From an uncultured virus (IMG/VR IMGVR_UViG_3300028377_000003) (taxonomy: Duplodnaviria; Heunggongvirae; Uroviricota; Caudoviricetes): a stretch of DNA of 64,000 nucleotides. Numbering within the stretch: position 1 is the stretch's first letter; every line of letters starts with the position of its first letter. Position numbers and translations under genes: made by a program. Positions 29,552 through 38,923 of this stretch are shown here, piece by piece. The DNA lies in the IMG/VR virus record IMGVR_UViG_3300028377_000003, positions 62,001 through 126,000 of that record. One strand, written 5' to 3'. The notes beneath the pieces were generated by a model that ran no database searches, had not been told where the DNA came from, and was given only the letters and a program-made list of their open reading frames with translations.

Positions 29552-30516
29552 TTTCATTTTTGGTTAGAACCGACGTCCATATTAACGATCGTCCACCGGA
29601 GTCTAGGTGCGACGATTACATGGAAACGCTACTTGGTAAGCTCCGACAGATCGGCGACATGGCCCGTGAAAAGAAAGTGAATGCCGTGTTGGATAACGGC
29701 GACTTTTTTCACAACAAGGCGGCGTCACGAAACAGCCATTTGTTGGTACGTAAGGTAGCTGATCTGCACCGGTCCTATCCCTGTCCGGTTTATGAAAACC
29801 CCGGCAATCATGACTTTCCGTATGCCAACGTCGATTACGTAGAAAAGCAACCCCTTGGCGTTTTATTCGCAACCGGGGTTTTTGAACGTATGGGAGACGT
29901 CCGGTTCGAAGACGACGATGGTCTTGTGGTCCGCGTCGTGGGTTTGCCTTACAAGATCGATTTCGATGTGTTTGACTTTGAAATTGAGCGCGGGGACGAA
30001 GACGTATTGATCGTGGCCGCCCATACGTATGCTTCACCTACCGGGACGGAAAGTTTCGGGCGTGAGCAATTTTTGTCATACCAGCAACTAGCTGAATGCT
30101 CCCCGGACGTTTTCATTTTCGGGCACTACCACATTGATCAAGGCATTCAAGAGGTGTTGGGGAAGCCCTTTATCAACTTGGGTTCCCTCAGCAGGGGGTC
30201 GCTTACCAATGACAATCTGAAGCGCATCCCCCGGATCGGTTATATCCGCGTGGAAAAAGTGGAGGGTGAGGTAAAAATCCACACCGAACCGATTGAAATC
30301 GAAGTAAAACCGGCTTCCGAAGTGTTTGATCTAGAGAAGCATGAGCGTATCAAACAGGAACGGAAAGATATCGACCATTTCATTAAAACGCTATCAGAGT
30401 CTGCGTCCGTGAACGAAGAAGATAACATCCGCCAAGCTATCGAAGGCTTGGAGGATTTCGATCACGAGGTACGAAACCGGGCGCTCCGCTACTTAGAAGC
30501 AGCAGCGTCAGGATAA
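29548..30516 (+). CDS. SbcD/Mre11-like metallophosphoesterase nuclease
   Basis: DVH, GDFF, GNHD, GHYH motifs. Confidence 0.88.
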   Translation: MISFLVRTDVHINDRPPESRCDDYMETLLGKLRQIGDMAREKKVNAVLDNGDFFHNKAASRNSHLLVRKVADLHRSYPCPVYENPGNHDFPYANVDYVEKQPLGVLFATGVFERMGDVRFEDDDGLVVRVVGLPYKIDFDVFDFEIERGDEDVLIVAAHTYASPTGTESFGREQFLSYQQLAECSPDVFIFGHYHIDQGIQEVLGKPFINLGSLSRGSLTNDNLKRIPRIGYIRVEKVEGEVKIHTEPIEIEVKPASEVFDLEKHERIKQERKDIDHFIKTLSESASVNEEDNIRQAIEGLEDFDHEVRNRALRYLEAAASG

Positions 30517-30519
30517 AGT

Positions 30520-31440
30520 ATGGGAAAGCAATACTGGTTATCGTACTCAGGGTACAAGACGTACCGCGAGTGTCCTAAGAGGTACCGCCTCACACGTGTA
30601 GATAAAGAGGAACCACCCGAACCGGATTCGAAGCATAATGCGGTTGTTGGTAGTGTGGTCCAGCGTGTTTACGAAGATTTCTACAACGATGAGTTGTGGC
30701 GATCCGGCAAAGGGACTTCGCAAAAGCTACTTGATTTGGTGCCGAAGTATTTTTACGAGTTCCTCGACGAGGAGCACGTTGACTTCAACGATATCAAGTG
30801 CCGGTACGAGCCGCTAGAATTGCTTGAGACGTGTTTGGAGATCGTACCCAAGGTGCTGGAAGGTATTAAGCGTGAAAAGCTCTTAGGGCCGTATGCGCGA
30901 AGCGAGGTGGTTCTTCGCACGCAGCTACAGTCGAGCTATTTTTTGTACGGGATCGCCGACTTCTTGATCCGCAAGAAAAACGACGAAGTGCTGTTGATTG
31001 ACGGCAAGTCGTCTAAGCACCGTGAAAAGTACGTAGACGAAGAGCAGCTCTTGTTCTATGCCTTGGCATTCAAGCTATTGCACAATCGTTTGCCAGACCG
31101 TCTGGGCTTTTATTACTACCGTTTCGCCGATGACCCCGAGAAAGCGTTTGACTGGATCAAGCCTGACCCGGAAAGTATTGCGAAATTGCGCAACGATCTG
31201 GTAGCTGCGTTTACCAACATCCAGAAGAAACGTTTCAAGGCAAACCCGGAACCGTCCCACTGTAAGTGGTGCCCGTGGGAAGCGGTATGCGTTGAGCGAC
31301 AACAACAGAAAGCGACCCGCCGTGAAAAGCGTCGATGGAACCGCGCCGAGCGTGGTGAAGAAACGCTCCCAAGCCTCTCGCAAAGTAACGAGGGATCTGT
31401 TATGATAGGCTTTGGCGGTAAGATCGAAGATTCGGATTAA
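30520..31440 (+). CDS. PD-(D/E)XK nuclease (RecB/AddB/Cas4-like, Cys staple)
   Basis: SYS...CP, GIAD, IDGKS, QLLFYA, CKWC....C. Confidence 0.85.
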   Translation: MGKQYWLSYSGYKTYRECPKRYRLTRVDKEEPPEPDSKHNAVVGSVVQRVYEDFYNDELWRSGKGTSQKLLDLVPKYFYEFLDEEHVDFNDIKCRYEPLELLETCLEIVPKVLEGIKREKLLGPYARSEVVLRTQLQSSYFLYGIADFLIRKKNDEVLLIDGKSSKHREKYVDEEQLLFYALAFKLLHNRLPDRLGFYYYRFADDPEKAFDWIKPDPESIAKLRNDLVAAFTNIQKKRFKANPEPSHCKWCPWEAVCVERQQQKATRREKRRWNRAERGEETLPSLSQSNEGSVMIGFGGKIEDSD

Positions 31441-31457
31441 TACGAAGGAGTATCACT

Positions 31458-31730
31458 ATGAGCGACATGACCGATCTTGAAGCTCGCATCAAGAAGATCA
31501 AATCACAGCGTGAGCAGTTAGTGAGTCAAAAGGCGGAAAAGGTGGCCCGCCTTAAAAATGCGCAAGAAGAATTGCGCAACCTCAAGGAGGAGGCCGCCGA
31601 AAAGGGTTACGATCTTAAAGAGATCCCGGACCTTCTTCCCCAGAAGCGTAAAGAGCTAAACGGCAAGGTTGCCTTGGCTGAGTCCGCTTTGGAAGAGGTG
31701 GAAGAGAAACTCGCCAAGTATGACGATTGA
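31458..31730 (+). CDS. Short coiled-coil protein (possibly middle piece of the split SbcC)
   Basis: AAGGAG RBS; heptad-rich 90 aa. Confidence 0.65.
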   Translation: MSDMTDLEARIKKIKSQREQLVSQKAEKVARLKNAQEELRNLKEEAAEKGYDLKEIPDLLPQKRKELNGKVALAESALEEVEEKLAKYDD

Positions 31731-31749
31731 AATTATTAGGAGTTACGGT

Positions 31750-32934
31750 ATGAGATTTAGTATTCAAAAGGACGCTTTGAAGGCGGCCCTCGATGTAGCA
31801 AGCCTCGCTGTTACCAACGATGCGGGTGTGATCACTTCTTCGATTCTTTTCAAGGTCGAGGAGGATAGTCTCGTCTTGTGGGCTACCGACCGCCGAATCA
31901 TGGTCAAGGTACCTACTACAATCGTGGAAGATTCCCTTCATGGTGAGGGTAGTTTCACCGTAGAGGCCGCACGGCTTTCTCAGTGGGTCGGTAGCGTGTT
32001 TGACGATGTGGTTGACGTGGAAGCCGACGCTAACGGCGTGGTTATGGAATGCGGCGAAGCTAAGGGCCATTTTGCATCGCTCGATGCAGCCTCTTTCCCG
32101 GACTTTTCCAAGCGCCTCGAAGACAAAACCAAGCTCTTCGATATCAACCCCAACGCATTCGTGGATTCCCTGAAATTCGTGCGCCCTTTCATTGGGGAAG
32201 CTACGACGAACAACGAGCTTGCGAACAATTTGCAAGTGACGGAGTTGCGGGGCCGGGATATGCTGGCGACCGATACCTGTTCACTGGCCATGTTCAAGTT
32301 GGCTGAGGCCGATGAAGACGATGCGCTGGCTGAGTATGTGGATAGCGAAGAGCGGTTTAAGATCACAAAGGATGAAATCAAAAAGCTGATTTCGTTCCTC
32401 AGCAAGACGTGTGACCTTTCCTGCACCGTGTCGAAGTCCGACCTTTTCGTGGTCGAATCCGACGACGGATCCCTTTTCGGTTATCCCGATACGCATCTGG
32501 CGCTCCCGAACATTCCCGGTATCCCGGTTGACCTTTCCGAGCCGGAAGTGTGGTCGGTAGATAAGACGAAGCTCCAGAGTGCCGTTAAGGCGCTGGGAGC
32601 TACGGCAGACCCGGACGACGTGGTGCTTGAAATCGGTGTCGCTGGCCCCGAGGGTGCTGAGGGCGTATTGACCTTGAAGATGAAAGACGCCTTAGAAAAG
32701 CATGATTCGGTGGTTAAGATCCCGGTCGTTCGTGTGAAGTCTTCGGGCGAGTCGGTATCACTCAAAGTCAACCGGCACTTCTTGACGAACCCTCTGTCGT
32801 TGTATGACGATGATGAGGTGACGATCGGTGTTAGCGCCCATGACGGTGCTCAGACCAAATACGTCAAGCTCTACGAAAAGACCGAAGACGACAATATTCG
32901 CATTTGCCTCGTGACCTTACGAGTCGATCTATGA
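31750..32934 (+). CDS. dnaN: DNA polymerase III beta sliding clamp-like protein
   Basis: MRFSIQKDALKAAL, LWATD, SFPDF, LATD; ~395 aa. Confidence 0.75.
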   Translation: MRFSIQKDALKAALDVASLAVTNDAGVITSSILFKVEEDSLVLWATDRRIMVKVPTTIVEDSLHGEGSFTVEAARLSQWVGSVFDDVVDVEADANGVVMECGEAKGHFASLDAASFPDFSKRLEDKTKLFDINPNAFVDSLKFVRPFIGEATTNNELANNLQVTELRGRDMLATDTCSLAMFKLAEADEDDALAEYVDSEERFKITKDEIKKLISFLSKTCDLSCTVSKSDLFVVESDDGSLFGYPDTHLALPNIPGIPVDLSEPEVWSVDKTKLQSAVKALGATADPDDVVLEIGVAGPEGAEGVLTLKMKDALEKHDSVVKIPVVRVKSSGESVSLKVNRHFLTNPLSLYDDDEVTIGVSAHDGAQTKYVKLYEKTEDDNIRICLVTLRVDL

Positions 32935-33215
32935 TGAAGGATAGAGTAGCGGAATTTTTATCCGATCTTCAAGATCTCACGGATAAGCACGGTTTTGTGG
33001 TAGGGGGTTGTGGGTGTTGTGGTAGTCCTTACCTTGTGAAAAAGGGTAAAAAGGTAGCTCAGGACATTGAGTTTGGGGATGGGCGTTACGTGATCCAAAC
33101 TTTTTGTAGTACCTGTGAAGGCTATGGTGAGCTTGAAGTTGATGGGAATTTCGTACCGTGTGAATCTTGTGAAGATTGGGGTTACACGACCGTGGAGGTT
33201 TCTGATGACGCCTGA
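32931..33215 (+). CDS. Small Cys-rich hypothetical protein
   Basis: GCGCCGSP, CSTCEGYG, CESC. Confidence 0.6.
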   Translation: MMKDRVAEFLSDLQDLTDKHGFVVGGCGCCGSPYLVKKGKKVAQDIEFGDGRYVIQTFCSTCEGYGELEVDGNFVPCESCEDWGYTTVEVSDDA

Positions 33216-33834
33216 TTTTGAAGCGAGATACGAATCCGTGATGGATCAAGCGCGTAAAGTGGAGACGTCTTACGCCATGCTCCAAGAGCGGCAAACGGAA
33301 CTTACGGGACAGATCGAGCATCTTAACCAAGAGGACGTTCTTTTGGAAAAGGTGGGCGAGCTATTCAAGCACCTCCTGAACAAGTACGTGTACGAATACG
33401 CTGAGTCCTTTAGCCGGATCGTTACGGAAGGTTTGCAGTCGATTTATTTCGACCAAGACGTCAAGTTCGATATCGAGGTTGAGCAAAAGCGTGGGAAGGT
33501 CTACGCCAATTTTGTGACCGAGCAGAACGGTGTCCGGGCTAACCCCCTTGAATCTTTCGGCGGCGGCGTAGCGTCTGTTGTAAGCCTTCTGTTGCGTATT
33601 CTAGTCCTCTTGAAGGCGGACCTAGCTAGGTACCTGGTTTTGGACGAGGCGTTGGGCGCTCTGTCCACGGAGTACGTAGAGACTTGCGGCGATTTTTTGC
33701 GCAAGCTGTGTGACGAACTGGACGTGAACATTTTGTTGGTGACGCATAACGCCGACTTTGTAGATCAAAGTGATAACGCATACATGGGATCCTCTGACGC
33801 CAATGAGCGTCTACAACTAAAGAAAATACGATGA
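33205..33834 (+). CDS. SbcC/Rad50-like ATPase, C-terminal half
   Basis: Signature-like SFGGG, Walker B LVLDE, H-loop LVTH; GGAGG RBS. Confidence 0.85.
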   Translation: MTPDFEARYESVMDQARKVETSYAMLQERQTELTGQIEHLNQEDVLLEKVGELFKHLLNKYVYEYAESFSRIVTEGLQSIYFDQDVKFDIEVEQKRGKVYANFVTEQNGVRANPLESFGGGVASVVSLLLRILVLLKADLARYLVLDEALGALSTEYVETCGDFLRKLCDELDVNILLVTHNADFVDQSDNAYMGSSDANERLQLKKIR

Positions 33835-35033
33835 CAGACATAGAACACAATAACTGGAAGATATTGGTGGGGGATTGTCGTGAACGTTTAGAGGGGCTTC
33901 CTGATGAATCGGTTCACATGATCTGGACGAGTCCTCCTTATTTCGGACTTCGTGATTATGGTGAAAAGGATCAAATAGGGCTTGAGCTCACCCCCGATGA
34001 ATTCGTCGAGGCATTGGTTACTGTGTTTGCAGAAGCACGGCGTGTTTTGCGGGATGATGGTACTCTTTGGTTGAACCTTGGGGACAGTTATGCGTCGTCA
34101 TCCACAGGTTCGGACACCACAAAAACTGGTCTTAAACCCAAGGATCTAATCGGTATTCCTTGGCGTGTGGCTAAGGCTCTCCAAGATGACGGATGGTATT
34201 TGAGGTCAGATATTATCTGGGCAAAAGGTATCAGTGGTCATGAGGGTGTGTCCAAAAGGGTATATCAATCGGCGGTAAAGAACGGGGTGAGTACTTCAGT
34301 TGCCAAGGCGATTGTAGAGGATCTTGATCTGTACGTGGGTAATCCCATGCCAGAGTCAGTGAAAGATCGTCCATCTTCTGCTCATGAACATATTTTCCTC
34401 TTTTCCAAAAACAAGCGGTACTTTTACGATCATATTGCTATTCGAGAACCTGTGAGTGCTGAGTCCGTAGCACGTGTACAGAGGGGGCACCACCGAAAAG
34501 GTCACAAATGGGGAGATGGTCCCGGAAATCAGACCATTGCTAATGATCTTTCTCGTGCATTGCATCCTGCAGGACGTAACCGTCGTGATGTGTGGTGCAT
34601 CCCCACAAAACCCTTTAGGGGTGCTCATTTCGCGACGGCTCCCGAGGCTTTGGTGGCACCGTGCATCAAGGCAGGTACTTCCGAGGCGGGGTGTTGTCCC
34701 GGATGTGAAGCTCCTTATGTGAGGAAAAATTCAGAGTGCAAAACGAGTTGCGCTTGTAACAACGACCCTTTTTTTGTTGCATCTTCGGACCCCGTACCCT
34801 GTACGGTACTTGATCTTTTTGCAGGGGCGGCCACAACGCTTCTGGTAGCAGAAAAGTTAGGCCGAAGATCCATAGGTATAGAGTTAAATCCAGAATATGC
34901 TGTTATAGCTAGTGAGCGACTTGCTGAGTATTCACGTAATACGAAAGCTCCTTGGGAAGATGGGTATATACCTAAAGAGATTGAAGAGGATTCTGTGATA
35001 GAAGAAATGAGCTTTGACGATCTTTTAGGATAA
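33831..35033 (+). CDS. DNA methyltransferase (N4-C/N6-A, beta class)
   Basis: TSPPY, LRSDIIW, NPMPES, HFA, VLDLFAG, GIELN. Confidence 0.9.
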   Translation: MTDIEHNNWKILVGDCRERLEGLPDESVHMIWTSPPYFGLRDYGEKDQIGLELTPDEFVEALVTVFAEARRVLRDDGTLWLNLGDSYASSSTGSDTTKTGLKPKDLIGIPWRVAKALQDDGWYLRSDIIWAKGISGHEGVSKRVYQSAVKNGVSTSVAKAIVEDLDLYVGNPMPESVKDRPSSAHEHIFLFSKNKRYFYDHIAIREPVSAESVARVQRGHHRKGHKWGDGPGNQTIANDLSRALHPAGRNRRDVWCIPTKPFRGAHFATAPEALVAPCIKAGTSEAGCCPGCEAPYVRKNSECKTSCACNNDPFFVASSDPVPCTVLDLFAGAATTLLVAEKLGRRSIGIELNPEYAVIASERLAEYSRNTKAPWEDGYIPKEIEEDSVIEEMSFDDLLG

Positions 35034-35037
35034 GCTT

Positions 35038-35454
35038 ATGAAAGATGCGTCAGAGATTAATAAGAAGCTTCGTGATCTCAGGTACCGCTATTTAGCGCGT
35101 TACCTTGATGATCGATTGAGCGTTAGGCCGTGTAACTGTGTTCATAACCATGAGCATGTAAAGGAAGACGGCCCCCTCCGGCTATGTATGCTTGGTGCGG
35201 AAGACCCGGAAAATTGGCCGGGCAATATTTGTGACACCGATGAGAACGCTCAGACGTGCCCGTTTTTTGATAACCAGCACGACAAGGCGACGCTCAAAAA
35301 GGAATTCGACGGGCAACTTCAGGACCCGGAGATACTTTTCACTGAGTATCGCGATGTGGCGATGCTTCAGTGGACTTTAGGTGAGGCCCCTGAAGAGGTC
35401 ACTACGAACTTGTCGTGGTGGCAAAGGATTAAGCTATGGTTTACGCGGGGTTGA
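35038..35454 (+). CDS. Cys/His-rich hypothetical protein
   Basis: CNCVHNH, LC, IC, CPFF. Confidence 0.65.
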   Translation: MKDASEINKKLRDLRYRYLARYLDDRLSVRPCNCVHNHEHVKEDGPLRLCMLGAEDPENWPGNICDTDENAQTCPFFDNQHDKATLKKEFDGQLQDPEILFTEYRDVAMLQWTLGEAPEEVTTNLSWWQRIKLWFTRG

Positions 35455-35455
35455 T

Positions 35456-36193
35456 ATGTCCTCTTTGACTAAATTGCTATTTGTGGACCGCCACCGGCGT
35501 GATATGGCTGATCAAGGCGGCCTTAAAACGCCCATGATTATGTCTTATCCTGTGTCGGGAGACTTTGAAGAGGCGTGTATCAGTCTTCGGTCCGGTGACT
35601 TTCACATGGTGCGTGTGGCCCCACAGCGTGAAACCCGCACCGGATTTTTCGATTTGGATTTCGATGATGAGGAGGCACAGCACGCTGACCTCATTGATTT
35701 CCTTTACGACCACGGGTCCAAACGGCAGTGGGGTGGTGTGGCTGAAATAGCACTCCCTGACGAAACTTTGCTGGACACGGTAGCAACCTATTTGAAGTCG
35801 TATGATCTGGAACCCCAGCACGGCTTTGTAGGCTTGGTAGGTTTTGCGGCTCTTGTAACCGCCGATCTTATTGATTTGCCGGAAAAGGTCGATAGCATTA
35901 GCGACATAACCAGTGACCTTCTTAACGAGTGGATGGCCGAGCATTTACACGTGGGTAAAGTGGGCGAGGTTCCCGTCTATTTCAATCCCCACATGTCAGA
36001 GCATATCGTATTTTCGGGCGAACCAAAGTCGGTAGGCTTGATGACTAGAGTGGGGGATTTTGCTAGCATTTTGGTCCACAATGCGGAGCGAAGCATGATC
36101 ATACTACGAGTAGGATTAAACGACCATGACGATGTTCCTGAACCGGATCTTGACAGCAGCACAGAAACACGTGCGGAAGAGCCCAGCGATTGA
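35456..36193 (+). CDS. Hypothetical protein, weak resemblance to the C-terminal part of the major capsid protein
   Basis: ATG 35456 just after upstream stop; see findings. Confidence 0.6.
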   Translation: MSSLTKLLFVDRHRRDMADQGGLKTPMIMSYPVSGDFEEACISLRSGDFHMVRVAPQRETRTGFFDLDFDDEEAQHADLIDFLYDHGSKRQWGGVAEIALPDETLLDTVATYLKSYDLEPQHGFVGLVGFAALVTADLIDLPEKVDSISDITSDLLNEWMAEHLHVGKVGEVPVYFNPHMSEHIVFSGEPKSVGLMTRVGDFASILVHNAERSMIILRVGLNDHDDVPEPDLDSSTETRAEEPSD

Positions 36194-36830
36194 TTACCTT
36201 CGAGCGAGGGGCGTTTCAGACGCACAGATCGAACAGATTGGCATTGGGTATTTTCCAGAGGATGTGTGGCCCCCGTACTTTTCCGGCGACGACGAGGATA
36301 TCCAGAGCTATCTGGAATGGTCGTCTAAGGGTTACCGCCTCCGGGGCAAGTTGGTTTTCCCTATGCGGAACCCGCTAGGTGTTTTGCGGGGTCTTCAGTT
36401 GCGGTCCCCGATCCAAACAAAAAAGGACTATTCGAAATTTTACTTGAATCGTTCTCGCGTGGATGCGATCTTTTTCGGGGCGGAGCTTGCGATGCCCCGG
36501 ATTTGGGATACCCGCGAAGTGTATATATGCGAAGGGTTGTTTGACTATTTCCCGTTGCAACGTATCTTTCCTAATACGATATGTACTGGTACGGCGAATG
36601 TGAGTAAGCGCCAGATTGCATTTCTCACCCGGTTTGTAGATCACGTTAACGTGGTTTTCGACATGGATTGGGGCGGCAACCATTTCTGGCAACGCTTTGA
36701 AGGTGAGTATAAAGACTCCTTCAAATCCCTACGCCGCATCGAACTCCGAGGTAAGGATGTGTCGGAGGTGTGGGAATCTATCGGTGACGATGGACTCAAT
36801 GAACTGTTAACACGGCGACTTCTTTTCTGA
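36126..36830 (+). CDS. DnaG-type primase core (TOPRIM) without zinc-binding domain
   Basis: YLRARG, IGY, LVFP, ICEGLFD, FDMD. Confidence 0.75.
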   Translation: MTMFLNRILTAAQKHVRKSPAIDYLRARGVSDAQIEQIGIGYFPEDVWPPYFSGDDEDIQSYLEWSSKGYRLRGKLVFPMRNPLGVLRGLQLRSPIQTKKDYSKFYLNRSRVDAIFFGAELAMPRIWDTREVYICEGLFDYFPLQRIFPNTICTGTANVSKRQIAFLTRFVDHVNVVFDMDWGGNHFWQRFEGEYKDSFKSLRRIELRGKDVSEVWESIGDDGLNELLTRRLLF

Positions 36831-36915
36831 GGTTGCTTTACGTATCGGATTGTGGTATCAATCCGTAGGGTGTGATCAAAGCCCCTTTTTACTACGAAAC
36901 ACTAAGGAGACCGTA

Positions 36916-37449
36916 ATGGCTCAGATGTATTGGAAAGCAGCAGAAGCCGAAGATATCGCAAACGACTATCTCAGGTACCACCCGGACCTCGTGGGCGCTA
37001 ATATCGCTTTCGTTTTCAAAGAGAAAGCGACCAAGAGCGATGGACGCCCGATCGTAGGGAAGTCTTTCAAGGTGCCCGCCAAATATCAGCCGTTGATGGA
37101 AGAGAATGACGACGGCACACGCGGTTACGATTTCATGATTGTGCTCGGGGCCGATATTTGGACCGAACTGAACAACGACAACAAGGAAGCATGGGTCGAT
37201 TTCCTGCTTGAGCAATGTTACGGTGAAGAGGACAAGCAAGGGAACATGAAGTGGAAGACCCGCAAGCCGGAAGTTCAAGCCTTCCCGGTTATCCTTGCCC
37301 GTCACGGAACCAATTGGGATCAAGGGGTCAACAAGCTGTCTGTGATCGACATTGGCCGCAAGCAGACGAAGGTGCAAGAACCTACGGTCCGGTCGCAAGA
37401 TACGGATGCTGACACGGACACCGAAAGCGACGTTTCGGTCAATTCGTAA
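36916..37449 (+). CDS. Phage putative metallopeptidase-like protein lacking HExxH
   Basis: AAGGAG RBS; IAFVF...GK...YDFMIVL..DIW..L; DFLLEQC at the expected HExxH position. Confidence 0.5.
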   Translation: MAQMYWKAAEAEDIANDYLRYHPDLVGANIAFVFKEKATKSDGRPIVGKSFKVPAKYQPLMEENDDGTRGYDFMIVLGADIWTELNNDNKEAWVDFLLEQCYGEEDKQGNMKWKTRKPEVQAFPVILARHGTNWDQGVNKLSVIDIGRKQTKVQEPTVRSQDTDADTDTESDVSVNS

Positions 37450-37459
37450 TAGAATCACC

Positions 37460-37479
37460 GGAGGGGCTTTTGCCCCTCC
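37460..37479. terminator. Hairpin, possible terminator
   Basis: ggaggggc-tttt-gcccctcc. Confidence 0.45.
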
Positions 37480-37501
37480 ACCTTGAGGATCACACTGCCA
37501 C

Positions 37502-38923
37502 ATGTCTTTCGATACGAAATACCGACCAGACCTTTTCGAAGATGTAATCGGCCAGCAGAGCACGATTCATGTGCTCCAAGAGCTACTTCGAAGGGGTGAC
37601 ATTTTTCAAAAATCGTATGTCTTTTCTGGGCCTTCGGGCACAGGTAAGACGACGACCGCCCGTATTCTAGCACGGGCAATGCTGTGTGATAATTTCGATC
37701 CTGATGTGGCGGAACCTTGTAACGAATGCAACTCCTGCAGGGAAATCCTTGATCGTGGGGATAGTCCCTCATTCAAGGAGATGGACGCGGCCAATCATAC
37801 GGGTGCGGACAACATTCGCAAGATCGTCGAAGGGTTGAACTATTACACATTGGACGGTGGCGACCGTAAGATTTATCTTATTGATGAATGCCACCGGCTA
37901 TCATCGCAGGCGATGGACGCCCTCCTGAAGCCTATGGAGGATAATGTCCCCGGCACCAAAGACAAGCGCCTCGTGTGTTTGTTCTGTACTACCGAGCCGC
38001 AAAAGCTACGGGGTACGATCAAAGGCCGTTGTATGGTCTTTGGTATTAAAGAGCCATCGAGGGATGAAGTTGTCCGTCGCCTGCGTTACATAGCTGAACA
38101 GGAAGAGATCGCTGTCGAAGACGACGACGCGCTTGATCTCATCTTCGGTTATGGCAAAGGGCATATCCGAGACATGGTGAACGCCCTTGAACGAGTAAGC
38201 CGGGTTGGTCCCGTTACAGAGGATACCGTTCGGCAGCAATTAGGATTGGATGTAATTTCGAAGGAGTATGAAATGCTCTTACATCTTCGGGATGATCCAG
38301 ACAAAAGCATGGCCGCTCTAATGGAAGCCTTGACCCAGACAGATCCTGACTCGATCTACGAGGGTATTGCCGACGCGGCTATGGCATCATATAGGTTGGC
38401 AAAAGGCATAACTATTGGTCTGAGTTACGTGGAGAAATCGCTTGCAGAACAGATTTCTTCATGCTATGAAGAAGAAACACTACTTACTCTAGCGCATCGC
38501 ATCTTGAATGCGAACCGGAAGATGGATCGGAATGCGTTGGTCTGCGAGCTTTTAATGCTACAGAACCAGCTTGAAAACGGTACCGTACAGATGGCTTCCC
38601 AGCCACAAACGATCACCGTCCCGGTCCCCTCGGAACCTTCGCAAGAAGTTACCGAAGATAAAGCACCCACAGGGTCCAAGCCCAAGTCGAAACGCGACGT
38701 AGAACGTGAAAACAGGGAAATGGCTGAGAAAGCTATGCCCTACGGTGGTAAAGCCGCACGTGGAACACCGTCAGCGACGGCAGATGCTGTTGAAGATCCT
38801 ATGGACGCTTACCGGAAGAAACGTAGCTCAGTCAAAGCTGCGCCGCGCCCTATTACCCCCAAAGCACCCACCGGAACAGATTACTCGGAGCAAAAGAAGC
38901 TATTCGAATCGCCTGATGAGTGA
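37502..38923 (+). CDS. dnaX: DNA polymerase III gamma/tau subunit
   Basis: KYRP..FEDVIGQ, GPSGTGKTT, PCNECNSC, EMDAA, IDECH, ALLK, CTTE. Confidence 0.92.
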   Translation: MSFDTKYRPDLFEDVIGQQSTIHVLQELLRRGDIFQKSYVFSGPSGTGKTTTARILARAMLCDNFDPDVAEPCNECNSCREILDRGDSPSFKEMDAANHTGADNIRKIVEGLNYYTLDGGDRKIYLIDECHRLSSQAMDALLKPMEDNVPGTKDKRLVCLFCTTEPQKLRGTIKGRCMVFGIKEPSRDEVVRRLRYIAEQEEIAVEDDDALDLIFGYGKGHIRDMVNALERVSRVGPVTEDTVRQQLGLDVISKEYEMLLHLRDDPDKSMAALMEALTQTDPDSIYEGIADAAMASYRLAKGITIGLSYVEKSLAEQISSCYEEETLLTLAHRILNANRKMDRNALVCELLMLQNQLENGTVQMASQPQTITVPVPSEPSQEVTEDKAPTGSKPKSKRDVERENREMAEKAMPYGGKAARGTPSATADAVEDPMDAYRKKRSSVKAAPRPITPKAPTGTDYSEQKKLFESPDE

